A model generated the notes under the pieces. It searched no databases and was not told the DNA's origin. It saw only the letters and a list, made by a program, of their open reading frames with translations. A program made the translations under genes and the position numbers. From positions 99,138,001 to 99,202,000 of the forward strand of contig NC_043004.1 in NCBI RefSeq assembly GCF_006345805.1: 64,000 nucleotides of DNA, written 5' to 3'. This stretch comes from Octopus sinensis. Its lineage: Eukaryota. Positions 25,241 through 37,811 of the stretch are shown here, one piece after another (within the stretch, counting starts at the first letter, position 1; each line of letters opens with the position of its first letter).

Positions 25241-25859
25241 TGTACGTGTATATAATCAGATATATACATATTCCTGTATCTACTTGCTGGAAATTTAACC
25301 GTATTCTTTATAGTCAGTGCTTACTTGATATCAGGATTTTTTAATCCCATTTTTTCTCATATTCATGTATGTATGTATGTATGTATATATGTATGCATGT
25401 ATGTTTGTATGTATGTATGTTTGTATGTATGTACGTATTTATGTATGTGTATGTTCTTCGGTTCTGGGTCGTAGGTCGACATTAAGTGTTCTTGTATTGT
25501 AATCTCTGAACAAAACGCTTTGGATGGTAATTAAAACGATTGGTGTCGTCCTCCACCAGACTGCCTCACTGGGTTTACATGATATGTACCAAAAGGCTAT
25601 ACAAGAGTACAACGAGTAAGGTCGACACTGGTGCGGTTCATATGCTAGTTGTCTGATGGTACAATATTCGGTTTGGTTGCAATAAACTTTAAGCCGTTGA
25701 TCTAGGATTCCTCCATCTTGTTGGTTACCCAACATCCTGCTGCCGAAGACTTCACCGTGTCCGTGGCACGGGAGGCAAAGTGGTTGTCCAAGGTACCATC
25801 TCAATCTATGAACAAAAAGGGGGATATACTGGGTGCCGTACCGTACCGTAGTGTAAATA

Positions 25860-25995
25860 TACTAGGTCTGATCAATAAATATCCGGACTGTTGCCATAGT
25901 AACGAAGTTAAAGCAGGCAGAATGAGGCCGCTTGGCAAAAATTGACCTTTAACTTTGCTGTGTATGCACACTAGGTTTTAATGTTCTGGCACCAA
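25860..25995 (+). mobile_element. Mariner-like left-end fragment
   Basis: TA|CTAGGTCTGATCAATAAATATCCGGACTG resembles a mariner TIR start; no right end seen. Confidence 0.45.
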
Positions 25996-26014
25996 CTCCT
26001 TGAAGGGAGGAGAT

Positions 26015-26160
26015 GAGCTGAGCCCATGTCGACTTTGCCTTTCATCCTTTCAGGGTCGATAAATTAAGTACCAGTTGCGTACTGGTGTCGATGTAATCGA
26101 CTGGCTCCTCCCCGCTGCCCCAAATTTCGGTCCTTGTGCCTAGAGTAGAAAAGAATATTG
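26015..26160 (+). mobile_element. SINE family C, 5'-truncated
   Basis: GTCGACTTTGCCTTTCATCCTTTCAGGGTCGATAAATTAAGTACC body. Confidence 0.85.
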
Positions 26161-26235
26161 CTACTGTGACACTCTCGACATCTCATGATTATAAAGTACA
26201 TTACTTAGTTTGTTCTTCGCTTATGATAGCAGACT

Positions 26236-26622
26236 GTGGAGGCGCAATGGCCCAGTGGTTAGGGCAGCGGACTCGCGGTCGTAGGATCGCGGTTTCGATT
26301 TCCAGACCGGGTGTTGTGAGTGTTTATTGAGTGAAAACACCTAAAGCTCCACGACGCTCCGGCAGAGGATGGTGGTGATCCCTGCTGTACTCTTTCACCA
26401 CAACTTTCTCTCACTCTTACTTCCTGTTTCTGTTGTACCTGTATTTCAAAGGGCCGGCCTTGTCACTCTCTGTGTCACGCTGAATATCCCCGAGAACTGC
26501 GTTAAGGGTACACGTGTCTGTGGAGTGCTCAGCCACTTACACGTTAATTTCACGTGCAGGCTGTTCCGTTGATTCGGATCAACCGGAACCCTCGTCGTCG
26601 GAACCGACGGAGTGCTTCCACC
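26236..26622 (+). mobile_element. SINE family B1 with ~13-bp TSD
   Basis: Full length; flanks ATGATAGCAGACT (26223) and ATGATAGCATACT (26623). Confidence 0.95.
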
Positions 26623-26699
26623 ATGATAGCATACTGTAAAGAGAGATTTCGCTGCTATTTCTGGTAGATGAAGATGTACAAGGAGGGAAAGAGAGATAG

Positions 26700-26745
<46 letters not shown>
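26700..26745. repeat. (GA)n microsatellite
   Basis: Direct read. Confidence 0.9.
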
Positions 26746-26747
<2 letters not shown>

Positions 26748-27099
26748 AAAAAAAAACTCCAGTGAATTACATGAAGGTATCTTACTGTTAAGCAGACGCG
26801 TATAACAAAAGATGACCGGGTCTTCACACTTCGGTAACAACAGAAAAATCACTATTTGTAGACAGGAAATAATTTACCCAGGAACTGATTTTGTTTAAAA
26901 GCTTGACTTCCAGGAGCATGCGTACTAAATATTGTGTTGTTGTTGTTTTTTTTTTCACACACAATCACACGCTATCACAAACATGCACTTATTTATATAT
27001 GTATATATACATTATCTGATAAATATATGTTTATACTCATTTCTATACATATAACGATATATATTCAATACATATGCGCACGTGTGTGTATGAATGTAT

Positions 27100-27139
27100 G
27101 TATCTCTCTCTCTTCCCTCTCTCACTCTCTCTCTCTCTC

Positions 27140-27172
<33 letters not shown>

Positions 27173-27552
27173 ATGTGTGTGTGTGTGTATGTGTGTGTGT
27201 GTGTGTGTGTGTGTTTATGTGTGTATGTATGTGTATCTTAGTATATATACGTACATTATTCGATAAATTCATATTTAAATATATATATATATATTCATAA
27301 TCACGTATACTTATGTATATATGATATATACCGGACGCTGAAACGCACACACACAAACACATACACACATTTACACAGCGTATATTATTTATACATAAAT
27401 ATACGCGATTATGTGTATACAAGTGTACAAATATATATGTTTATTATAATCTATGTATATATGCATTTTTATAACTTTGTAAAATATCATATGTGTATAT
27501 ATGCGTATATACAGTTATGTAATAACGTGTGTACATAAATATGCATAATTAT

Positions 27553-27612
<60 letters not shown>

Positions 27613-27620
27613 CTATATAA
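27100..27620. repeat. Low-complexity (CT)/(TA)/(TG) region
   Basis: Direct read. Confidence 0.85.
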
Positions 27621-27865
27621 GAATACACACGCAATTATATAACTATATATTTACCCAGACACAATCTTATACACGCATACCCACACGCACACACACACAC
27701 GCGCACACACATATAGATATATGTCAGAGCAAATGAAATTTTTTTTGATGTTTGTGTCGGCCTTTTGTTGCCGGGTAATAAACAAGAATTAAAACATATT
27801 GCTGAACATAAGGTCATGAGGTAACTTTAAAAAAAAATCAATGAGATACGCAGACAGTAACATTA

Positions 27866-27896
<31 letters not shown>

Positions 27897-28089
27897 CGAT
27901 GATGATGTTGATGATGACGATGATGATGATGATGATGATGACGATGACGATGATGATGATGATGACGTCAACGATGATGCTGACGATGATGATGATGATC
28001 ATGATGATTAAGACAACGATGATGATGATGATGGTTAAGACGATGATGATGAAGAAGATGATGATGAGGATGATGATGAAGAAGATGAC

Positions 28090-28130
<41 letters not shown>

Positions 28131-28460
28131 CGTCAACGATGATGCTGACGATGATGATGATGATCATGATGATTAAGACAATGATGATGATGATGATGGT
28201 TAAGACGATGATGATGAAGAAGATGATGATGAAGGTGATGATGAAGAAGATGATGATGACGATGACGACGACGATGATGATGATATTGATGATGACGATG
28301 ATGATGATGACGATGATGATGATGATGACGTCAACGATGATGCTGACGATGATGATGATCATGATGATTAAGACAATGATGATGACGAGGATGGTTAAGA
28401 CGATGATGATGAAGAAGATGATGAGGATGATGATGAAGATGATGACGACGACGATGATAT
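27866..28460. repeat. (GAT)n microsatellite with three higher-order units
   Basis: GACGTCAACGATGATGCTGACG recurs at 27964, 28129 and 28327. Confidence 0.93.
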
Positions 28461-28579
28461 GAACAACAATAACACGAAATATCAATGCAATAAAAAACAG
28501 AATATGTGCTTGGTTATTCAGTTAGACCCATGCAGTAATAATAAGACAACTGACATAATATTAACTGTAACAAAAGAAC

Positions 28580-28632
28580 CACTACTGCTGCTGCTATTGC
28601 TACAACAACAACAACAACAACTGCTACTACTA

Positions 28633-28682
<50 letters not shown>

Positions 28683-28692
28683 GCTACTACTG

Positions 28693-28728
<36 letters not shown>

Positions 28729-28920
28729 TACTACTACTACTACCTATTGCAGCTGTAGGACTTTTTGATAAATATAACACTGCTTCTGCTGTGATGATGA
28801 TCATGATGATGACGACAACAACAATAAAAATAATAATAACGATTATAATAATATTGAAGATGATGACGACGACGACGACGATGAGGATGACGACGATGAT
28901 GATGATGATTATGATGATGT
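28580..28920. repeat. (CTA/CTG/CAA)n and (GAT)n trinucleotide tracts
   Basis: Direct read. Confidence 0.88.
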
Positions 28921-29439
28921 CGAAGCTTTCATTAAATACTATTGTTAATTTCTCGGCGAAGATAAAATTTTTCTTTTCCTTCTGTAACAAGGTGCACACA
29001 GGATACGTAGAATGTACGTGTGCGTGAGTGTGAGTGTGTGTATGTGTGTGTGTGTGTGTTCACGTATGTGTGTGCATATGTACATGTGTGTGTAAGTACA
29101 AACGTGTGTATGTGCGCAATGAAAAAAATATTTGAATTAATATAATTGATCGATAAGTTTGAAACATGATCAGAATTTACAAGATTTTGCTTTCTGCCTC
29201 TTAGCCAGGCGCATAACACTTATTACTTCAGTCTGTCTGGCTGACAACAGTTCCCCACTGCTGCTTCATTGTCAGAGAGATCGACGAAAGAGCACCCAAT
29301 GAACTTCAATGGAGAATAATTTTACCGCAAATTTTTCGTATGCTACGTCGTGATGAGAAGCGTTCTTATTACTTCTGTTTGGTTAGTTTGCTGTCTCCAT
29401 CCCGTCTTGAGTCCTCCTATCGTAATGCATTTCCCCTGT

Positions 29440-29822
29440 GGGAAGCACTCCGTCGGTTACGACGACGAGGGTTCCGGTTGATCCGAATCAACGGAACAGC
29501 CTGCTCGTGAAATTAACGTGTAAGTGGCTGAGCATTCCACAGACAAGTGTACCCGTAACGTAGTTCTCGGGGATATTCAGCATGACACAGAGAGTGACAA
29601 GGCCGGCCCTTTGAAATACAGGTACAACAGAAACAGGAAGTAAGAGTGAGAGAAAGTTGTGGCGAAAGAGTACAGCAGGGATCACCACCATCCCTGCCGG
29701 AGCCTCGTGGAGCTTTACGTGTTTTCGCTCAATAAACACTCACAACGCCCGGTCTGGGAATCGAAACCGCGATCCTACGACCGCGAGTCCGCTGCCCTAA
29801 CCACTGGGCCATTGCGCCTCCA
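29440..29822 (-). mobile_element. SINE family B1
   Basis: Near-identical to 22579-22966; possible TSD CATTTC(C/A)CCT. Confidence 0.95.
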
Positions 29823-30280
29823 TTTCACCTATATTAGTTCGAACACTTTCGAGGTTATTCCAAATTTGTGTCCGCTTGAAAAAGTAGTTGACAATACTAT
29901 AGCGTAGAATTAGCTATTTGGAGAGAGCGAGAGAGAGAGAGGAAATTACATAATGTCATTTGTCTCTCTCTGTATACAAATGAAATTGTTACTCATTTGA
30001 AGTTCAGATAAATTTCAGTATATTTTGGAAGGATTTGAATGACTGAATGATTAAACCATTTGCTCCAAATATACTCCTTTTGTATACCAACAGAACTGAA
30101 TAGAGTAAAGAAGACAAGAATTAATTATGTCCATTAACAATAAAAAAGAAACAATAAATTATTGCATAGTCCCATGAGAAATGACGGCGTATATTCGTGA
30201 GCTCTTGAGACTAATGCAAGCAAGGGAGAAATAGCCACTGACTAGTGACCAATGCTATGAGTGGAGATGAAATCTAATTA

Positions 30281-31561
30281 TCAGGTCATTGAGATTGAAA
30301 TGTCCGATTTTGAACTGAAAATTTATTTTACTTTATCTCGACGAAAAGCAATGCAGTTAATCAAAGCATGCACCTATATTATCAACACAATTTTGCCATT
30401 TTATCGGTAGCTTGTTTATGCCGGCAGCGAAGAATTCTAGGGAGAAAGAGATGATCAAATACTCTTTGTGCATCTTCTTCAGATTTGAAGCTTTTTCCTT
30501 GCAAAAAGTTGTCTAGTGCTTGCAAAACGTGACAGTCAGTTGGTGCAAGGTCTGGTGAATATGGTGGATGACAGAGTACTTCCAAGTTCAGTTCTTGTAA
30601 CTCAAGTAGCATTCTTTGTGCGACATGTCGACGAGCATCGTCATGCAAGAGAATTGACCTGTCTCTCTTGACTAATATCGCTTGTTTAATTGCAAGTTCT
30701 TTCATCATTTTATCCAATTGGTTGATGTATACATCTGCTGTAATTAACTTACCAGGTCTCATGAAGGTGTATGGATGACACAAGCGTTGGAGCACCAAAC
30801 AGACACCATTATCATTTTTTGGTGAATATTCTTTTTTGGATTGTGTTTTGGCACTTTGTTTCAATGCAACTACCGTGCAGAATGCATGCCATTGCTGAAA
30901 AGAAACCATTTTTATGTCTTTTATCATACATAACATTACGATGCAAAAATGATTCGCTTTCATGCTGGGACAGCAAAAAAAATCAGCAAGTTTCAATTCG
31001 ACGTGTCTTTTAATGTTCGTTCAGTTCGTGTGGTACCCACCTTTCCAGCTTCTTTACCTTGCTGGTTTGTTTAAGAAAGTCCAATACATTTGGAATCGAA
31101 ACATCAAACCTTGCAACCAACTCACGCGTAGTTTGAGATGTATCCATTTCCACTACAGTTTGCAACTCATCATTATCCACCTTGGTCTGAGGTCTACCAC
31201 GGGGTTGATTTTCAAGAGTGAAGTCACCAGACCGGAACTTCTGAAACCATTGACATACAGTGCGCTCATTCGTCACATCTTCACCAAACACCTTATTGAT
31301 GTTTCCAGCTGTCTCTGATGTACTGGTTCCACGACAAAACACATATTCATAAACAATATGAATGGTTGATCTATCCATGAGTTCACAAAAATTGATTTAC
31401 AAGAGAAAACTCACAATATAATCAGACAACATGAATTGCATTTCGAAAAGTGACGATGTAACTTATCAATGTTGTAAAACAAAGAATCGTCGAGACAAAA
31501 CACTAACGACTGCCAAACTTGGTGCATAAGACAATCGGACATTTTAGTCTTAATGACCTGA
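30281..31561 (-). mobile_element. Full-length degenerate mariner (DD34D), 1281 bp, 29-bp TIRs, TA TSD
   Basis: TIRs TCAGGTCATTGAGATTGAAATGTCCGATT (30281) and its inverse at 31533-31561 match at 26/29; TA at 30279-80 and 31562-63. Transposase pieces: WFQKFRSGDFTLENQPRGRP, RWVPHELN, LLHDDARRH...HPPYSPDLAPTD with 34 residues between the last two Ds. Frameshifted. Confidence 0.95.
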
Positions 31562-32954
31562 TACTTAAGACTTTTACTAAAGACATGCAAAGTCTAAGTC
31601 TTTAAGTTGCCCATGGATTAATGCCTACTGTCTAAATACAAGCATAAGCAGACTGGCAGGCTTCGTTCATACAGAATTATTTACAAGGCTTTTGTTGATC
31701 AGAGGCTATTGGAGTTACATTGAACGTGGAACCACGTAATAGCGACTTGACCTACTTAACGACAGACTTATGTTTGCGCTCATTATAAATGATACGCTAC
31801 TTACATTGTAGATAAGTGTCGCAACCTTGATATCACAAGATCTACGGCTACAAATAGTCATCTACATAAAGATACTGATTATAGCAAGTGGTGTACCTTA
31901 ATTAGCAATATCAACAAAATTTCGTTGATCGTTGCTGTTGTTCTTGTCGTTTAACCCCGGGTCAGTTCTGATCAAGTAAACCTATCATCGAAAACGTTCT
32001 CTTCATAATCACCTCCTTTTTGCTCGTTTATTCTACATTTATTACTAAATCACCCAAATTTATCATTTCTTTCGTGATATCGTTTATATTTCGATTTTGC
32101 ATTCAATATCCAATTTTTGTGTTATCAACTCTTGATCAAAGACAGACAAGTTGAATTCAGTAGCATAAGAACTTAAAACGCAAAGGGGCTTAACAAAACC
32201 TCAACATTTTGCTTGACGATCTAATTATTCTGCTAAGTATCTATAAATGGAATAATTTTGAGCAATTTTAGGGATATTTAGCTACAATTTCTAACAGGTT
32301 GAGATATCATGTACAAGCTCTCACTGATAATCTCTCTCTCTCTCTCCCCTCTCTTTTCCTTTCTCTCCCTCTCTTACACTCTATCACTTATACATACAAC
32401 AAACACTCAAATATAATGTTGGTTTCAACAATTATGTTTGACTCTCGAATAATATATACTGAATTGCATTGTATCCAGATAGCTAACGTCACTGACATTA
32501 GCATTTAATAATTTCCTTCATTTATTAATTTCCGTCACTTTTATGTGAAGCAACGTCCTATATATTGCTTATATGAAACAGAAAATTGAGAGGAATCAGC
32601 TATTTAGAGTAACGATTTCTAAAACTTAGTCATATATATTGTAATATTACTTATGCTAGCAGATGTTTAATCTCCTGTTTAACAACTTACCTGTTAGTCA
32701 GGGGACTCAGGTGAAGAGATATGTATACTATGGAAATGTAACAAATATATACAGTCTGTGTAAGAAGTACAAATTTCAGCCATTGCCGCAGCGTGCAATC
32801 GAGCACATTAGACAAATTCAACGAAGTCCCTTTACAATGTTTCCATTGACAGAAAAGTGGGGGTTCTGCTAACCGGTTTCATTCCTGTTTTGGGATAAAT
32901 CTTAGTAGACTGTTTACTTCTCTGTCTCAGTAACTAATCAAAATATCTGTCTTC

Positions 32955-33169
32955 TTTACTCTTTTACTCTTTTACTTGTTTCAGTCATTTGACTGCGGCC
33001 ATGCTGGAACACCGCCTTTAGTCGAGCAAATCGACCCCGGGACTTATTCTTTTTGTAAGCCCAGTACTTATTCTATCGGTCTGTTTTGCCGAACTCCTAA
33101 GTGACGGGGACGTAAACGCACCAGCATCGGTTGTCAAGCAATGCTAGGGGGACAAACACAGACACACAA

Positions 33170-33230
<61 letters not shown>

Positions 33231-33396
33231 TACGACAGGCTTCTTTCAGTTTCCGTCTACCAAATCCACTCACAAGGCATTGGTCGGCCAGGGGCTATAG
33301 CAGAAGACACTTGCCCAAGATGCCACGCAGTGGGACTGAACCCGGAACCATGTGGTTGGTAAGCAAGCTACTTACCACACAGCCACTCCTGCGCCT
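32955..33396 (-). mobile_element. SINE family A, full length
   Basis: Reverse complement of 2765-3166. Confidence 0.93.
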
Positions 33397-33771
33397 ATAG
33401 CTTGTTCTTTAAAAAGGAATTTTGAGTAAAGAGAGTCCTCACGATCACCCTTTTCAACGTATGGAATAACATCTGGCTATCATCATCACCATCACCGGCA
33501 GCGTCAGCAGCAGCATCAACAGTATCATCATCCTCAGCATTCTTATCATCCATCATCATCATCATCGTAATCAACATCATCATAATCATATTCATTTCCA
33601 TATTGGTGAACACTACACGAAGTTACCTCTTTCTCACACAGGTCACTTGGAGGATCTCAGTCCGTTTGCACACTACGCGTTGTCGAAGCCTCTTGAATCG
33701 GACACCCTTCCTAACTGCAGTTTCTTGATATAACAGATAGGGTTAATTTGATCATGGTATACTTCATAAAT

Positions 33772-34007
33772 AAATTGGTGGTGAGCTGGCAGAATCGTTA
33801 GCACGCCGGGCGAAATGCGTAGCCGTATTTCGTCTGCCGTTACGTTCTGGGTTCAAACTCCGCCGAGGTCGACTTTGACTTTCATCCTTTCGGGGTCGAT
33901 AAATTAAGTACCAGTTACGCACTGGGGTCGATATAATCGACTTAATACCTATGTCTGTCCATGTTTGTCTCCTCTATGTTTAGTCCCTTGTGGGTAGTAA
34001 AGAAATA
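33772..34007 (+). mobile_element. SINE family C with 16-bp TSD
   Basis: TSD GGTATACTTCATAAAT at 33756-33771 and 34008-34023. Confidence 0.95.
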
Positions 34008-34077
34008 GGTATACTTCATAAATGACATTTCATCGTGCGCTTGGTGAAAGATACCTCACTTTTCCATGTCATTTCAG

Positions 34078-34119
34078 TTCGTTCACGGCAACGCGGTCAA
34101 GGGCGTGAAGAAAAGACTG
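34078..34119 (+). CDS. Candidate 42-nt exon (FVHGNAVKGVKKRL)
   Basis: Acceptor CTTTTCCATGTCATTTCAG, weak donor CTG|GTATAT, open phase 0-0. Confidence 0.18.
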
Positions 34120-34155
34120 GTATATCTTAATGCAGTATTAGAATCATTGACACAT

Positions 34156-34261
34156 TAGTACAGTGAATAGCCGCCTCTACATCAGCGGCGCCGCCATCAA
34201 GCCATAGCAGCTAATAATGCACTATCAAGCATAACTATTGCTACACTGCAACGACAGTCAT

Positions 34262-34315
<54 letters not shown>

Positions 34316-34356
34316 CACTACCACTACTACTACCACCACTATTACTCCCACTACTG

Positions 34357-34397
<41 letters not shown>

Positions 34398-34408
34398 GCT
34401 CCTGCTAT

Positions 34409-34451
<43 letters not shown>

Positions 34452-34682
34452 GCTACTACTACTGCTACTACTACTACTGCCACTACTACTACTGTCGATG
34501 CCACTACCACAACAATTTCCACTAGCACACTACAACACACCAGTTAACACAACATCATGGAAGAAAGGAATTATACTTCATTTAGCAAATAACACCGCCA
34601 CTACCACCACTACCTTCAGCAGTAGTAGCTACTCCAGCACCAGCATCAGCATCAGCATCAACAGCACTAGCAGTAGTAACAG

Positions 34683-34713
<31 letters not shown>

Positions 34714-35687
34714 AACAGCAGCCAAAACTACTTAATCAGTTCTGCCTAAAATAACATAAACAAATTATTGCTACATTCTACTGAAATCCAAGTTAATTTT
34801 ATCAATTAGGAAATACACAAACGTAGTAATTATTTCCTACAGCTTGATTAAATTGATGTAAAGCTTACTTGAATAGACTCAAGCATACATTTCACTTTCA
34901 TGCTATACTAATTGAGAAGGTTTGTGATTCTGGTCTATATTTCATAGCTTCAGGTGCTAAATTAGGTTCTGTCGACATGACATGAAAGCCGTGATTGCCA
35001 AGTAAGACACAATGGATTCTTTCTTAGATATAACAGGAAATAATAATTTTAGGAAGGTGGGGAAAAATTGTTGAGATGTATGTCAAAACAGAAATAAATT
35101 AGTTACAGGAAGGAAAAGCAGTCCTCGTGATATTTTTAAGAACTCCAAAGCTTGTGAAATTGGTATGGCTAATGTGATTTTTAACCATTTAACCGTCACT
35201 ATTTAACCGTCTGTTCACCAATAGCCGAGGAGGAAATTCCAGGGGAAGAAATGAGTGGAGAAATCTTTAGAGAAGGATCTAGAATGTTTTAGAAGCTGAG
35301 AAAGGAATGTCGCATAGCCTTAAAGGAACACAATTACGTTCTACTAGTTCAGAGAAATTATTGTATATAAGATCTATATAGAACAAAAATTGCATAAGGG
35401 AACTGTGTTCTTAGTTTGTTAGCGAGACAGTGTAAAGCAATTATTAATAACTGTATCTTCGACATTGATTTGATGTAGCGCACGTGCACACACACACACA
35501 CACATGCCCCCCCCCAAGCATGCACACATGCACATACACTCATACACCTACGAGTACACATCTGTGTATACATAAATTAGGTCACCGTTTGTCAAAGCTG
35601 ATCAAGCCTCTGTGCTTGATAGCGTATTATTAGCTGCCATGGCTTGATGGCAGAGCCGGTGATGTAGAGGTGGCTATCACTGTACTA
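34156..35687. repeat. Inverted repeat pair of ~76 bp (34156-34231 / 35613-35687)
   Basis: Arms about 88% complementary by eye; both outer ends read TA|CAGTG. Confidence 0.85.
34260..34720. repeat. (CTA)n and (CAG/CAT)n tracts
   Basis: Direct read. Confidence 0.9.
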
Positions 35688-35927
35688 CAGGTTCCCCACT
35701 TGGACAGTACGCCGGTCCGTTGCAGGTGAGCTGCAAGATGCAGGAGGAAAGTGTGAGAGAAAGTTGTAGCGAAAGAGTCAGCAGAAGTTCGCCATTGCCT
35801 TCTGCCGGAGCCACATGGAGCTTAGATGTTTCACTCATAAACACACACATCACCCCTTCTGAAATTCGAAACTGCGACCCCTCGATTGCGAGTTCGCTGC
35901 TCTAACCACTAGGCCATGTGCCTCCAC
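35688..35927 (-). mobile_element. SINE family B2
   Basis: Reverse complement matches 24344-24614. Confidence 0.85.
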
Positions 35928-36349
35928 GATGGATCTAATTGCTAATTGTAGTTGTAATGCGCGGCTGTAAGATGTTGCAAACCTGAGCAAGATTTTTAAA
36001 AAATAGACTGGCATTTGCCCATGCACGCAAGACTCTGGTGGTCATTGACACAGTGTCTAGAACATTGTTACTCTCCCCCACGCTCTAATTGTTTTATTTT
36101 CGGAACACCGTTTCGAATTAAACCACTTACCGGACATATTAGCTAACCTGTACCAATAATACACATTCAAAGTGAGAAATTTTTGTTAGTCCACTTTCAG
36201 GACAACGTGGAAGGGTCTTATATCACGTGACGTGCTTCCACCCTTATAAATGCGCGCGTTTGAATGTGATCTTTCCGGTAGAATCGTAGACATTGAGGCC
36301 TACAGCAACAAGCTGCTTCCTTTGGGTGTCTTATGTAGATTTGCAACGT

Positions 36350-36409
36350 TTCTGCTGCTGGTACTGCTGGTGCTTTTGGTGCTGGTGCTGCTACTATTAC
36401 TACTGATTG

Positions 36410-36445
<36 letters not shown>

Positions 36446-36499
36446 GCTGTTGTGGCTACTACTACTACTAGTACTACTACTACTTCTGCTGCTACTACA

Positions 36500-36539
<40 letters not shown>

Positions 36540-36605
36540 GCTGTTGTGGCTACTACTACTACTAAAATCAGTAGTAGTAGTAGTATTAGTAGTAGTAGTA
36601 GTAAG
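36350..36605. repeat. (CTA)n/(CTG)n/(AGT)n tracts
   Basis: Direct read. Confidence 0.9.
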
Positions 36606-37811
36606 CAGCAGAGGCAGTTGAAAGAAGACAATATTATGAAGAGAAGGAAACCAGAGGAAAGAAGACGAATAGATGAAATAAAGAAAGGGAAGGAAAAGAA
36701 AAACGAAGATAAAAGCGAACAACGAACAAAAGAATTATAAATAAAATTGAAAGAGATGAACAAGATGATAGAAAGGAATAAATCAAAGCTGGGGGTGGGG
36801 TGGGGTGGGGTGGAGGGCAGAATTAGTGCATAAGACAAAATATGTAAATATCTTTCACAAGAGCTAATTTTAGTGATTCCTCTAATAAATTTTTAATTAT
36901 CTTCTTAAAAATAGATAACTTACTGAATATTTTGTTTTGCTTAAGCCTATTGTTTTCCGATTTTGTTAGCCACTATTGTCATTGTATTAGTTGATGTTGA
37001 TGTTGATGCTATTGTTGTTGCTGTTGTTGTTGTTATTGTTGTTGTTGTTGCTACTGTTGCCGTTCTTAGAAACAAAATAGCATCTGGTTGAATGCGGAAG
37101 GTCCAGTTTAAAACATGTTTCATTTATTCTTTACTCACAATGTACACACAAGCCTGCAGCATTTGTTCTGCATAGATACACATGTGCATACGAACACGTA
37201 CATGCATATGCCACATCACATACACATATACATGCATACATGTATGCCACATATACACGATGCATATACACACGTTTGTATATTCATTCATACACACAGA
37301 TATGCAGGTCTTTGCATTGGAAATTCTGAATTCTTTGGAACGATAAACAATATATTGAGCTTTTCTTTTGGAGATACACAACAATAGCAGGAACGGTCGC
37401 AATAATAACAGCAGCAGTCGCAATAAGGATAAAAGAGCGGTACATGAAGTGCAGTTAGACACAGGAGAGATGTCGAATGGAAAATAGAACGAATGGAAAA
37501 TAGAACGAGATGCAAGTTGGCGACGTTGGCAGTTACCTAGTCGAGAAAAGAAGAATGCAGTTACGGCACAAGTAGAAAATACATGCAAGATAGAGATATT
37601 GAGTAGAATATCAACAACTGCTCCCACCACAACATAAAAAATAACTGTTTCTGATTTAGATAAAAGGCCACCAGTTTTCAGAGGAGGAGGTTTGTGAAAA
37701 GCCAGAACAAATACAATAAGGCATGATTTCTGATACTCCAACGATTCTATCAGGTCACATCTCTAATAATAACTATTGGTTTAAATTTATATACAAGGCT
37801 TGTAATATTGA

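Noticed and set aside
25480-25850. Possible LINE reverse-transcriptase relic
   Set aside because: Only a weak similarity (INGLKFIATK); no diagnostic RT motif.
36791-36817. (GGGGT)n run able to form a G-quadruplex
   Set aside because: A short simple repeat with no functional context; not a telomeric array.
37124-37741. 205-aa minus-strand ORF
   Set aside because: The C-terminal half is (CA/TA) low complexity, it has no recognisable motif, and I found no supporting splice or start context.
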